From Candidatus Calidihabitans tengchongensis (lineage in GTDB: Bacteria; Sysuimicrobiota; Sysuimicrobiia; Sysuimicrobiales; Kaftiobacteriaceae): a stretch of DNA of 64,000 bases. Shown here in pieces: positions 8,587 through 16,342 of the stretch. The stretch lies in assembly GCA_031459615.1 (NCBI GenBank), contig JAVKIE010000012.1, forward strand, positions 1,405 to 65,404, in the 5' to 3' direction. Position numbers and translations under genes: made by a program. The notes below the pieces were generated by a model that saw only the letters and a program-made list of their open reading frames with translations, was not told where the DNA came from and ran no database searches. Positions within the stretch are counted from its first letter, which is position 1. Every line of letters starts with the position of its first letter.

Positions 8587-9399
8587 TCAGCCCTCCTCCT
8601 GTCGGTCCCCCTCCGCCGGCGGGTGATGCGGACGGTCGGCCGAGCCCGGTCGCGGCGCGGGTGACACCCCCATCCGGCGCGCCACGGCGGGCACGCGCAG
8701 GGTGGTCTCCAGCCGGTATTCCAGGTAGCGGCGCAGCGCCCGCCCCACCTCCTCCCGCACGCGCCGGTCCCAGGCGGCGGGGTCCTCTGGCGGCGCGGCG
8801 GCGTCCAGCAGGTGCTCCAGAGCACCGCGCGCCCGGGCCGACAGCGGTTCCGCGGCGGGATCCCGCTGGCGGTGGGCGCCGCAGAGCACGCCGCCCAGGG
8901 CCAGGCTCAGCGCCCCGGCCGGGGCGGCCCGGCCGCACACCTGGCAGCGGGCGAGCTGCGGAGCGTAGCCGCTGCGGACCAGGACCTGCGCCGCCGCCCA
9001 CAGGGCCGCCAGCTCGGGGTCGCCGGTCTCGATGGCGCCCAGGGCGCGGTCGAGGACGTCGAACATCTCCGGGGCCGGCTGGCGCTCGTCGGTGGCCCGG
9101 TCCACCACCTCCACCGCGAAGGCGGCGGCGCTGAGCCGGTCCAGGTCCTCCCGCAGCCGGGCCCGGGAGGCCACCACCTCCACCTGAGTCACCACATCCA
9201 GGGTGCGTCCCACCGCCAGCAGCGCCCGGACGCGGGAAAACGGCTCCAGGCGGCCGGCCAGGCGGCTGCCCGGACGGCGCGCCCCGCGGGCCACGGCCGC
9301 CACCTTCCCCTGGTCGCGGCAGAACAGGGTCACCACCCGGTCGGCCTCACCCAGCGGGGTGCGGCGCAGCACGATGGCCTCGACCCTGTAGACGGGCAT
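8587..9399 (-). CDS. recO: DNA repair protein RecO
   Basis: MPVYRVEAIVLRRTPLGEADRVVTLFCRDQGKVAAVARGARRPGSRLAGRLEPF is the RecO OB-fold N-terminus. A CxxC...C zinc motif follows (CQVCGR...LCGAH). Confidence 0.9.
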   Translation of the reverse strand: MPVYRVEAIVLRRTPLGEADRVVTLFCRDQGKVAAVARGARRPGSRLAGRLEPFSRVRALLAVGRTLDVVTQVEVVASRARLREDLDRLSAAAFAVEVVDRATDERQPAPEMFDVLDRALGAIETGDPELAALWAAAQVLVRSGYAPQLARCQVCGRAAPAGALSLALGGVLCGAHRQRDPAAEPLSARARGALEHLLDAAAPPEDPAAWDRRVREEVGRALRRYLEYRLETTLRVPAVARRMGVSPAPRPGSADRPHHPPAEGDRQEEG

Positions 9400-9402
9400 C
9401 GC

Positions 9403-10689
9403 TCAGAAGGCGGCGACCAGCAGCAGGCTGAGGATCGCCATGCCGGCGACGGTGACTCCCGCCACCGCGTTGGCCGCCGGCGTGTTGACGTGGGGGCCCA
9501 TCACCGCCGGGTCGTTCACCAGGAGGATGATGACGGCGAGGACGGCGGGCAGCAGGATGCCGTTGAGGACCTGGGAGAGGACCATGACCCGGACCAGGGG
9601 CAGGCCCGGGATCAGGATGACCAGGGCCGAGGCCACCAGGACCCCGGTGAACAGGCCGAAGAACACCGGCGCCTCCCCGACGGACCGGTCCAGGCCGGCC
9701 TCCCACCCGAAGGCCTCGCACACGGCGTAGGCCGTGGACAGGGGAATGATGGCCACGGAGAAGACGGCGGCGTTCAGCAGCCCGGCGGCGAACAGCCCCG
9801 CGGCGTAGCGGCCGGCCAGCGGCTCCAGGGCCCGCGCGGCGTCGGCGGCGGTGCTGATCGGCGTCCCGTGGACGTAGAGGGTGGCGCCGCAGGCCACGAC
9901 GATGAAGAACGCCACCAGGTTGGTGGTGACCATGCCCAGGTAGGTGTCCAGCCGCACCTGGGGGTAGTCCCGGACGGTCAGCCCCTTGTCCACCACGGCG
10001 GCCTGCTGGTAGAACTGCATCCACGGCGCGATGGTGGTCCCCACCACGCCGATGGCCATGGCCACGAACGCGGGGTCGCGGGAGAACGCCGGGGTCACCG
10101 TCGCCCGCAGGACCTCCCCCCAGGGCGGGCGGGCCAGGACCGCCGACGCCACGTAGGTCGCGTACACCAGGGTGGCGGCCAGGAACACCCGCTCCACCCG
10201 GCGGTAGGTGCCGCGCACCACGAGGAGCCACACCGCCGCGGCCGCCAGCGGCACCGCCAGGTAGCGGCTGACGCCGAAGATCTCGGCCGCGCCCGCCACG
10301 CCCGCGAAGTCTCCCACGGTGTTGGCCCAGTTGGCCACGACCAGGACGCCCATGACCAGGACGGTGGTCCGGACCCGGAAGCGTTCCCGGATCAGGTCGG
10401 CCAGCCCCTTGCCCGTCACCGCCCCCATCCGGGCTACCATCTCCTGGACCACGGCCAGGGCCACGGTCGAGAGCAGCAGCGTCCACAGCAGCCGGTAGCC
10501 GAAGGCAGCCCCCGCCACCGAGTAGGTGGCGATGCCGTTGGCGTCGTTGTCCACGTTGCCGGTGATGATCCCGGGGCCCATGACAGCCGCGAACGCGGCC
10601 AGGCGGGCCCAGCGTGCGGCGAGCCACCCCCGCCCGGGCAGACCGACCCGGGCGTCTGCGGGTGCCCGGCGCCGGCGGGAGAAGATCAC
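9403..10689 (-). CDS. NRAMP/SLC11-family divalent cation transporter with non-canonical (NRMT-like) binding-site residues
   Basis: NRAMP TM1 and TM6 signatures are recognisable: GPGIITGNVDNDANGIAT and GVVGTTIAPWMQFY. About 11 hydrophobic segments. Start placed at the GTG at 10687-10689 (V384 of the 811-aa track ORF), which overlaps the upstream stop as GTGA. The first internal ATG, at 10581, would remove the N-terminus. Confidence 0.85.
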   Translation of the reverse strand: MIFSRRRRAPADARVGLPGRGWLAARWARLAAFAAVMGPGIITGNVDNDANGIATYSVAGAAFGYRLLWTLLLSTVALAVVQEMVARMGAVTGKGLADLIRERFRVRTTVLVMGVLVVANWANTVGDFAGVAGAAEIFGVSRYLAVPLAAAAVWLLVVRGTYRRVERVFLAATLVYATYVASAVLARPPWGEVLRATVTPAFSRDPAFVAMAIGVVGTTIAPWMQFYQQAAVVDKGLTVRDYPQVRLDTYLGMVTTNLVAFFIVVACGATLYVHGTPISTAADAARALEPLAGRYAAGLFAAGLLNAAVFSVAIIPLSTAYAVCEAFGWEAGLDRSVGEAPVFFGLFTGVLVASALVILIPGLPLVRVMVLSQVLNGILLPAVLAVIILLVNDPAVMGPHVNTPAANAVAGVTVAGMAILSLLLVAAF

Positions 10690-11972
10690 CGCCGTCTCCG
10701 GGCGCGCCGGCGGAACCGGGGCGGGACCCGGCGGCGGCCTTTGCGCAGGACCACGTCCATGACGTCGTCGACCGTCACCACCCCCAGCAGCCGGCCGTCG
10801 GGATCCACCACGGGCAGGGCCAGCAGGTCGTAGGTGGTCAGGGCCGCGGCCACCGTCTCCAGGTCGTCGTCGGGGTGCAGCGTCACCACCTGAGGGGTCA
10901 TGATCTCCGCGATGGGGGTGGCGGGACTGGCCACGATCAGCGCCCGCAGGGGCAGGACCCCCACCAGGCGGCCGGCGCCGTCCACCACGTACAGGTAGTA
11001 GATGTGTTCGGCTCGGGGAGCCAGGGCGCGCAGCCGCTGGAGGGTCTGGTCCACCGTCAGGTCCCGGGGCAGGGCGATCGCCTCGGTGGTCATCACGCTG
11101 CCGGCCGTGCCCTCGGGATACTGGAGCAGCGTCCGGACGTCGCGGGCCTCCTCGGGGGCCATGTGGCTGATCAGTTCCTGGGCCCGCTCGGGGGGCAGGT
11201 CGGTGAGGATGTCGGTGGCGTCGTCGGGCGCCATCTCCTCCAGGATGTCGGCGGCCACGTCGGTGGGCAGGGTGCGCATCACGTCGGCCTGCACCTGGGG
11301 CGCGGCCTCGGCCAGGGCCTCCGCCGCCTGCTCGTGGCCCAGGGCGGCCACCACCTCGACCCGCTCGGCCCGGTCCAGGTCGGCCATCAGCGCTGCCAGG
11401 TCGGCCGGGTGGATCTCCCGCAGCCTCTGCCGGGAGATGCTCAGGCGCACCGCCGTCCGCGGGCCCGCAAACGCCGCGACCATCGCCCAGGGGATGAGCC
11501 GCTCCGGCAGCTGCCGTCCCAGCAGGCCGGCGACCCACCGCGCCGCCCGTTCCAGGCCCACGCGCCGCAGCAGTCCCGCCGTCCCCACGTCCACGGCCGA
11601 CAGCCGCAGGGACCCGTCGGCCGGGGACAGCTGCAGGTCGTTGACCCGGACCACCTTCAGCCCGTCGGTGTCCACCACCTGGGTGTCCAGCAGGTCTCCC
11701 AGCAGCATCTCCTCCGGCTGCAGCGGGCGCGGCTGGAGGTGGCGGCGGGCCACCCGCAGCCTCACCTCCCCCGGGCCCAGGCGGTCCACCGCCTCCCAGG
11801 GGATCAGCGCCACCTTGCTGCGGTCCCCGCGCATCCACAGCCCGGTGACCCGGGGCAGGGGATCCCGCAGGTCCACCGCCACGTCCCCCAGGACACCCAG
11901 ACGGGTTCCCTCGCTGTCGACGATGGCCGCGCGCAGGATGGTGCTGACGTACACGCCCACACCCCCGGCCAA
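10686..11972 (-). CDS. soluble PRC-barrel x2 + MgtE N-domain + CBS-pair protein (MgtE cytosolic module without the membrane domain)
   Basis: Two PRC-barrel-like segments: ILRAAIVDSEGTRLGVLGDVAVDL and LLDTQVVDTDGLKVVRVNDLQL. MgtE_N-like acidic helices: PADLAALMADLD...DILEEMAPDDATDILTDLPPERAQELI. CBS pair: AGSVMTTEAIALPRD...YLYVVDGAGRLVGVLPLRAL...IMTPQVVTL...LLALPVVDPDGRLLGVVTVDDVMD. It ends in an Arg-rich tail with no TM helices. TTG start at 11972; an alternative GTG at 11954 follows GGGGGTG. Confidence 0.8.
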   Translation of the reverse strand: MAGGVGVYVSTILRAAIVDSEGTRLGVLGDVAVDLRDPLPRVTGLWMRGDRSKVALIPWEAVDRLGPGEVRLRVARRHLQPRPLQPEEMLLGDLLDTQVVDTDGLKVVRVNDLQLSPADGSLRLSAVDVGTAGLLRRVGLERAARWVAGLLGRQLPERLIPWAMVAAFAGPRTAVRLSISRQRLREIHPADLAALMADLDRAERVEVVAALGHEQAAEALAEAAPQVQADVMRTLPTDVAADILEEMAPDDATDILTDLPPERAQELISHMAPEEARDVRTLLQYPEGTAGSVMTTEAIALPRDLTVDQTLQRLRALAPRAEHIYYLYVVDGAGRLVGVLPLRALIVASPATPIAEIMTPQVVTLHPDDDLETVAAALTTYDLLALPVVDPDGRLLGVVTVDDVMDVVLRKGRRRVPPRFRRRARRRR

Positions 11973-11982
11973 GATGCGTGGG

Positions 11983-12033
11983 CTTCTTCCTGCCCTCCCC
12001 GCCTCTTCCCTCTTCCTTCTTCCCTCTTCCCTA
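11983..12033 (-). repeat. polypurine (GGGAARA)n tract starting at the era stop codon
   Basis: The minus strand reads TAGGGAAGAGGGAAGAAGGAAGAGGGAAGAGGCGGGGAGGGCAGGAAGAAG. Confidence 0.85.
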
Positions 12034-13035
12034 CTGCGGATACAGCCGCCTCACCACGGCGTCCTGGTCGCGCCAGCGCGGGGTCGTCTTGACCCACAGG
12101 TCCAGGTACACCCGGCGGCCCAGCAGCGCCTCGATCTCCTGCCGCGCCCTCCGGCCGACCTCCCGCAGCATGCGCCCGTCCCGGCCGATGAGGATCTTCT
12201 TGTGGGACTCCCGCTCCACGTGCAGGGTGGCCCGGATGTAGACCACGTCCGTCCCCTCCCGGGGGGCGAACTCCTCGATCTCGACGGCGATGCTGTGGGG
12301 GACCTCCTCCCGGGTCAGGTGGATGGCGGCCTCCCGGATGAGCTCCCGGGCCAGGAACTGCTCGGGCTGGTCGGTCACCATGTCCGGGGGGTAGTACGGC
12401 GGCCCCACCGGCAGCAGGCCCACCAGGGTCTCCACCAGCCGGTCCAGGCCGGCGCCGGTCAGGGCGGAGACCGGCAGGACCGCTGTCCACGTCCCCAGGC
12501 CGGCGACCCGGTCCTGGACGGCGGCCAGGCCGGCCGGATCGGTCCGGTCCACCTTGTTGAGGACCGCCACCACCGGCGCCGCCTGGGCCCGCAGCCGGGC
12601 GGCCACCTCCTCGTCCTCTGCGGTCACGCCCTCGGAGGCGTCCACCACCCACGCCACCGCGTCGGCGTCGGCCACCGCCCGGACGGCGGTCTCGACCATC
12701 CACTGCCCCAGCCGGTGCCGGGGCTGGTGCAGTCCGGGGGTGTCGACGAAGACCAGCTGGGCGTGCGGGAGGGTCAGGATGGCGGCGAGGCGGCTGCGGG
12801 TGGTCTGGGGGACCGGGGCGGTGATGGCCACCTTGTGCCCCACCAATCGGTTGACCAGCGTGGACTTGCCCACGTTGGGGCGGCCCACCACGGCCACGAA
12901 GCCCGAGCGGTGGTCGGGGGGCGGGGAACTGCCGGGAGCCGGAATCGGGAATCGGGGATCCGAGTGCCGGGATCCGGGGTCCGGAAGGACGTCCCTCCCC
13001 CTTTCACCCTCCAGCCTCCGACCTTCAACCTTCAC
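12031..13035 (-). CDS. era: GTPase Era
   Basis: GFVAVVGRPNVGKSTLVN (G1), DTPG (G3), NKVD (G4), and a C-terminal KH domain (HVERESHKKILIGRDGRMLREVG). The only in-frame start before the G1 motif is the GTG at 13033-13035, overlapping the cdd stop as GTGA. This gives a repeat-encoded extension of about 45 aa. Confidence 0.85.
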   Translation of the reverse strand: MKVEGRRLEGERGRDVLPDPGSRHSDPRFPIPAPGSSPPPDHRSGFVAVVGRPNVGKSTLVNRLVGHKVAITAPVPQTTRSRLAAILTLPHAQLVFVDTPGLHQPRHRLGQWMVETAVRAVADADAVAWVVDASEGVTAEDEEVAARLRAQAAPVVAVLNKVDRTDPAGLAAVQDRVAGLGTWTAVLPVSALTGAGLDRLVETLVGLLPVGPPYYPPDMVTDQPEQFLARELIREAAIHLTREEVPHSIAVEIEEFAPREGTDVVYIRATLHVERESHKKILIGRDGRMLREVGRRARQEIEALLGRRVYLDLWVKTTPRWRDQDAVVRRLYPQ

Positions 13036-13460
13036 CGTACCCGTCGCCGGGGCAGGCGGTCGGCCAGAAACGGTTCCGCCAGCAGGCGGCGCAGCGACCG
13101 CACCCGGACGCGGCCGCCGGGCGTGGCCGCCACCACCCGCCGGACGCCGAACTCCGCCATCACCTGGCGGCAGGCGCCGCAGGGCATCGCCGGATCGTCT
13201 CCGTCGGCCACCACCGCCACCTCCACCACGCGGCGGTGGCCGTCCGCCACCGCCCGGTGGATGGCCACCCGCTCGGCGCAGTGGGACAGGGAGTAGGACG
13301 CGTTCTCCACGTTGCACCCGGTGTAGATGGACCCGTCGGCGGTGCGCACCGCCGCCCCCACCCGGAAGCCCGAGTACGGCGCATACGCGTGCCGCCGGGC
13401 CTGCGAGGCGGCCTCGATCAGTTCCGCCAGCCCGCGGGCGCGGGTCCCCCGCCGCGTCAT
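13032..13460 (-). CDS. cdd: cytidine deaminase
   Basis: 142 aa. YAPYSGFRVGAAV, CAERVAI and PCGACRQV are the zinc-binding CDA motifs. The ATG overlaps the upstream stop as ATGA. Confidence 0.9.
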   Translation of the reverse strand: MTRRGTRARGLAELIEAASQARRHAYAPYSGFRVGAAVRTADGSIYTGCNVENASYSLSHCAERVAIHRAVADGHRRVVEVAVVADGDDPAMPCGACRQVMAEFGVRRVVAATPGGRVRVRSLRRLLAEPFLADRLPRRRVR

Positions 13461-14083
13461 GGGCGCCTGGCCGCCGTGGGGCCCGCCACCGTCAGCGGGT
13501 GGGAGGGGGTGACGATCCCTCCCGACATCACCATCTTGAGGGCGTCCTCCACGGACATCTCCAGGGGGATCACCTGGTCTTCGGGCACCAGCACCAGAAA
13601 GCCGGTGGTGGGGTTGGGCGTGGTCACCACGAACACGTTGAGCACCCGCTCGGGGGTCCGCTCCTGGGGTTCGCCCACGCTCTCTCCGGTCACGAACCCC
13701 ACCGTGTAGATGCCCCGCCGGGGCCACTCGATCAGGACCACCCGCTGAAAGGCGGACCGCCGCTGCAGGAACAGGCTGTCGGTGAGCTGCTTGACCGCCG
13801 AGTAGACGCTGCGGGCCAGGGGGATGCGCAGCATCAGCCGGTCGACCAGCTCCACCACCCGCCGGCCCAGCATGTTGGTGGCCAGCATGCCGGAGACCAG
13901 GATCACCACCAGCAGGGTCAGCAGGCCCAGCAGGGGAATCCGGGTGCCGATCAGGGGGACGAAGAACTGGCCCAGCAGGCCGTCCAGCACCCGCAGCGCC
14001 CACAGCAGGACGTTGAGGGTGACCGCCAGGGGCAGGACCACGATGAGGCCGGTGATGAAGTAGCGGCGCAGGCGGGCACGCAT
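13457..14083 (-). CDS. DUF502-family membrane protein
   Basis: 208 aa, starting at the internal ATG of the 553-aa track ORF. RRYFITGLIVVLPLAVTLNVL...RIPLARSVYSAVKQL...TTPNPTTGFLVLVP matches the DUF502 pattern. Confidence 0.75.
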   Translation of the reverse strand: MRARLRRYFITGLIVVLPLAVTLNVLLWALRVLDGLLGQFFVPLIGTRIPLLGLLTLLVVILVSGMLATNMLGRRVVELVDRLMLRIPLARSVYSAVKQLTDSLFLQRRSAFQRVVLIEWPRRGIYTVGFVTGESVGEPQERTPERVLNVFVVTTPNPTTGFLVLVPEDQVIPLEMSVEDALKMVMSGGIVTPSHPLTVAGPTAARRP

Positions 14084-14121
14084 CGAGGACCGCACGCCTC
14101 CCGGCGGTGGGGCGGCCCCCT

Positions 14122-15402
14122 TCACGGCCGCAGGGGGCCCGCCGGCACCTTGCGGGTGATCCGGACGCGGGCGATCCGGTGGCCCTCCAGCTTCTCGACC
14201 ACGATCTCCACGTCGCCGACGGTCACCGTCTCCCCCTGCTGGGGGACGTGACCCAGCAGCGCGAAGACGAATCCGCCCACCGTGTCCACCTCGCCAGTGG
14301 GCAGGTGCAGCCCCATCAGCTCGTTGACCTCTTCCAGGCTCATGCGCCCGTCCACCAGGGCGGTGTGGGCGTCCACCTGCTCGAACAGCTTCTCCTCCAC
14401 GTCGTACTCGTCCAGGATCGGCCCCACGATCTCCTCGAGCAGGTCTTCCACCGTCACCAGGCCGGCCGTGCCGCCGTACTCGTCCACCACGATGGCCATG
14501 TGGGTCCGCCGGCGGCGCATCTCCCGGAACAGGTCGTCCAGCCGCTTGCTCTCGGGCACGAAGAACGCCGGCCGCATGACCTCCCGCACCGGGAGGGCGT
14601 TGTGGCCGGCCCGGATGTGGCTGAGCAGGTCTTTGACGTGCACCACCCCGACGATCTGGTCGATGGTCTCGCGGTAAACCGGGATGCGGGAGTGCCCTTC
14701 CTCGATGACGACCCGCAGCACGCCCTCCAGGGGCGTGGTGTCCTCCACGCACACCATGTCGATGCGCGGGACCATCACCTCCCGGACCACCTTGTCCCCG
14801 AACTCGAAGATGGAGTGGATCATCTGACGCTCGTCCTTTTCGATGACCCCCTCCTCTTCGCCGAGCTTCAGCAGCAGCCGGATCTCCTCTTCCGTCACCA
14901 GGGGCGAGGTCAGGTCCACCCGCCCGCCCAGGGGGCGCACCAGCAGGTTGCTCGCCACCGACAGGACCCGGATCACCGGGGCCAGCAGCGCGGTCAGCGC
15001 CGCCACCGGGCGGCTGACCCACAGGCTCAGCCGGTCGGCGTGCTTGGCGGCAAACGTCTTGGGGGTGATCTCGCTGACGATGAGCAGGACCACCGACATC
15101 ACCGCCACAGCCGCCCACGGGCCGCGGCGGATCCCCAGCAGGTCCACGAACAGGCTCGCGGCCAGGACCGAGGCGGCGATGTTGACCAGGTTGTTGCCCA
15201 CCAGCAGGGCCGTCAGCACCCGCCCGGGATCCTCCAGCAGACGCAGCACGCGGGCAGCGCGGGGATCACCCGCATCGCGCTGCTGGCGCAGCCTCAACCG
15301 GTTGGCGGCCAGGAGGGCAGTTTCGGATCCCGAGAAGAACGCCGACAGAATCAATAAGGCAGCCAGCAGAACCCAGCCCCACGGGCTACTCGACGGATCC
15401 AA
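14122..15402 (-). CDS. CNNM/CorC-HlyC family protein (DUF21 + CBS pair + CorC_HlyC domain), putative Mg2+/Co2+ efflux
   Basis: [13 protein letters not shown] (DUF21), a CBS pair ([12 protein letters not shown]...[21 protein letters not shown]) and a C-terminal transporter-associated domain. TTG start at 15400-15402, about 12 nt after AAGGAG. Confidence 0.85.
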   Translation of the reverse strand: MDPSSSPWGWVLLAALLILSAFFSGSETALLAANRLRLRQQRDAGDPRAARVLRLLEDPGRVLTALLVGNNLVNIAASVLAASLFVDLLGIRRGPWAAVAVMSVVLLIVSEITPKTFAAKHADRLSLWVSRPVAALTALLAPVIRVLSVASNLLVRPLGGRVDLTSPLVTEEEIRLLLKLGEEEGVIEKDERQMIHSIFEFGDKVVREVMVPRIDMVCVEDTTPLEGVLRVVIEEGHSRIPVYRETIDQIVGVVHVKDLLSHIRAGHNALPVREVMRPAFFVPESKRLDDLFREMRRRRTHMAIVVDEYGGTAGLVTVEDLLEEIVGPILDEYDVEEKLFEQVDAHTALVDGRMSLEEVNELMGLHLPTGEVDTVGGFVFALLGHVPQQGETVTVGDVEIVVEKLEGHRIARVRITRKVPAGPLRP

Positions 15403-15443
15403 CGACGGCAGTCACTCCTTTTGACGCGGGCGCGTCGCTACCG

Positions 15444-15452
15444 ATTATACCA
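15444..15452 (-). promoter_or_regulatory. extended -10 promoter (TGgTATAAT) upstream of the CNNM/CorC gene
   Basis: The minus strand reads GGGCGTGGTATAATCGGTAGCGACGCGCCCGCGTCAAAAGGAGTGA. The -35 is weak (GGAACA). Confidence 0.5.
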
Positions 15453-15463
15453 CGCCCTGCAGC

Positions 15464-15517
15464 CCCTGTTCCCTTTTCCCTTCTCCCTTTTCCCTTTTCC
15501 TTTTTCCCTTTTCCCTA
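15464..15517 (-). repeat. polypurine (GGGAAAA)n tract starting at the ABC ATPase stop codon
   Basis: The minus strand reads TAGGGAAAAGGGAAAAAGGAAAAGGGAAAAGGGAGAAGGGAAAAGGGAACAGGGG, with seven G3+ runs separated by 3-5 nt loops apart from one 11-nt spacer. Confidence 0.9.
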
Positions 15518-16300
15518 CTGATGCAGGATCTTCGACAGAAACTGGCGCGTGCGGGGGTGGGTGGGAGCGGTGAAGAAGTGCTCGGGGGGACCCTCTTCCA
15601 CGATGACCCCTTCGTCCATGAAGACCATGCGGTCGGCCACCTCGCGGGCAAACCCCATCTCGTGGGTGACCACGATCATCGTCATGCCGGCGTCCCGCGC
15701 CAGGCCCCGCATCACGTCCAGGACCTCCTGGATCATCTCCGGGTCCAGGGCGGAGGTCGGTTCGTCGAAGAGCATGATCTTGGGCTGCATGGCCAGCGCC
15801 CGGGCGATGGCCACCCGCTGCTGCTGGCCGCCCGACAGCTGGGCGGGATAGGCGTGGGCTTTCTCGGGGATGCCGACCCGCTCCAGCAGCTCCAGGGCGA
15901 TGCGTTCGGCCCGCTCCCGGGGCCACCGGCGGACGACGAGGGGCGCCAGGGTGATGTTCTGCAGGGCCGTGAGGTGGGGGAACAGGTTGAACGACTGGAA
16001 GACCATGCCCACCTCGCTGCGCACGGCGTCGATGTTGCGCACGTCGTCGGTGAGCTCGATGCCGTCCACCACGATCCGTCCCCGCTGGTGGCTCTCCAGC
16101 CGGTTGATGCACCGGATCATGGTGGACTTGCCCGAGCCCGACGGGCCGGCCACCACCACCACCTCGCCCGGCCACACCTGGAGGTTGATCCCCCGCAGGA
16201 CGTGCAGGCGGCCGAACCACTTGTGGACGTCCTCCAGGATGATGATGGGCTCGCCGGTCCGCGGCGGCGGTGTGTGCACCCGGTCCTGGGTCATCGACAT
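15515..16300 (-). CDS. amino-acid ABC transporter ATP-binding protein (AapP/GlnQ-like)
   Basis: Walker [10 protein letters not shown], signature [15 protein letters not shown], Walker [21 protein letters not shown] precedes the ATG. Confidence 0.93.
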   Translation of the reverse strand: MSMTQDRVHTPPPRTGEPIIILEDVHKWFGRLHVLRGINLQVWPGEVVVVAGPSGSGKSTMIRCINRLESHQRGRIVVDGIELTDDVRNIDAVRSEVGMVFQSFNLFPHLTALQNITLAPLVVRRWPRERAERIALELLERVGIPEKAHAYPAQLSGGQQQRVAIARALAMQPKIMLFDEPTSALDPEMIQEVLDVMRGLARDAGMTMIVVTHEMGFAREVADRMVFMDEGVIVEEGPPEHFFTAPTHPRTRQFLSKILHQ

Positions 16301-16342
16301 GGACCTCTCCTCATCTTCAGTATAGCCCGGAGCCGGCCGCCC

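Noticed and set aside
8135-8600. T-box riboswitch upstream of glyQS
   Set aside because: I looked for the conserved GGTGGNACCGCG T-box sequence, a specifier loop with GGC, and a terminator with a U-tract. None was found on the minus strand between recO and glyQ.
9403-11838. 811-aa single ORF that would fuse a long N-terminal region to the NRAMP
   Set aside because: The first 383 codons overlap the MgtE-N/CBS gene in another frame and translate to Gly/Pro/Arg-rich sequence. The NRAMP homology starts only after the GTG at 10689.
15438-15651. Small minus-strand ORFs ending in [18 protein letters not shown]-type peptides
   Set aside because: The Lys/Glu/Gly-rich tail is the translation of the polypurine tract. 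The upstream part is an alternative frame of the ABC ATPase gene.
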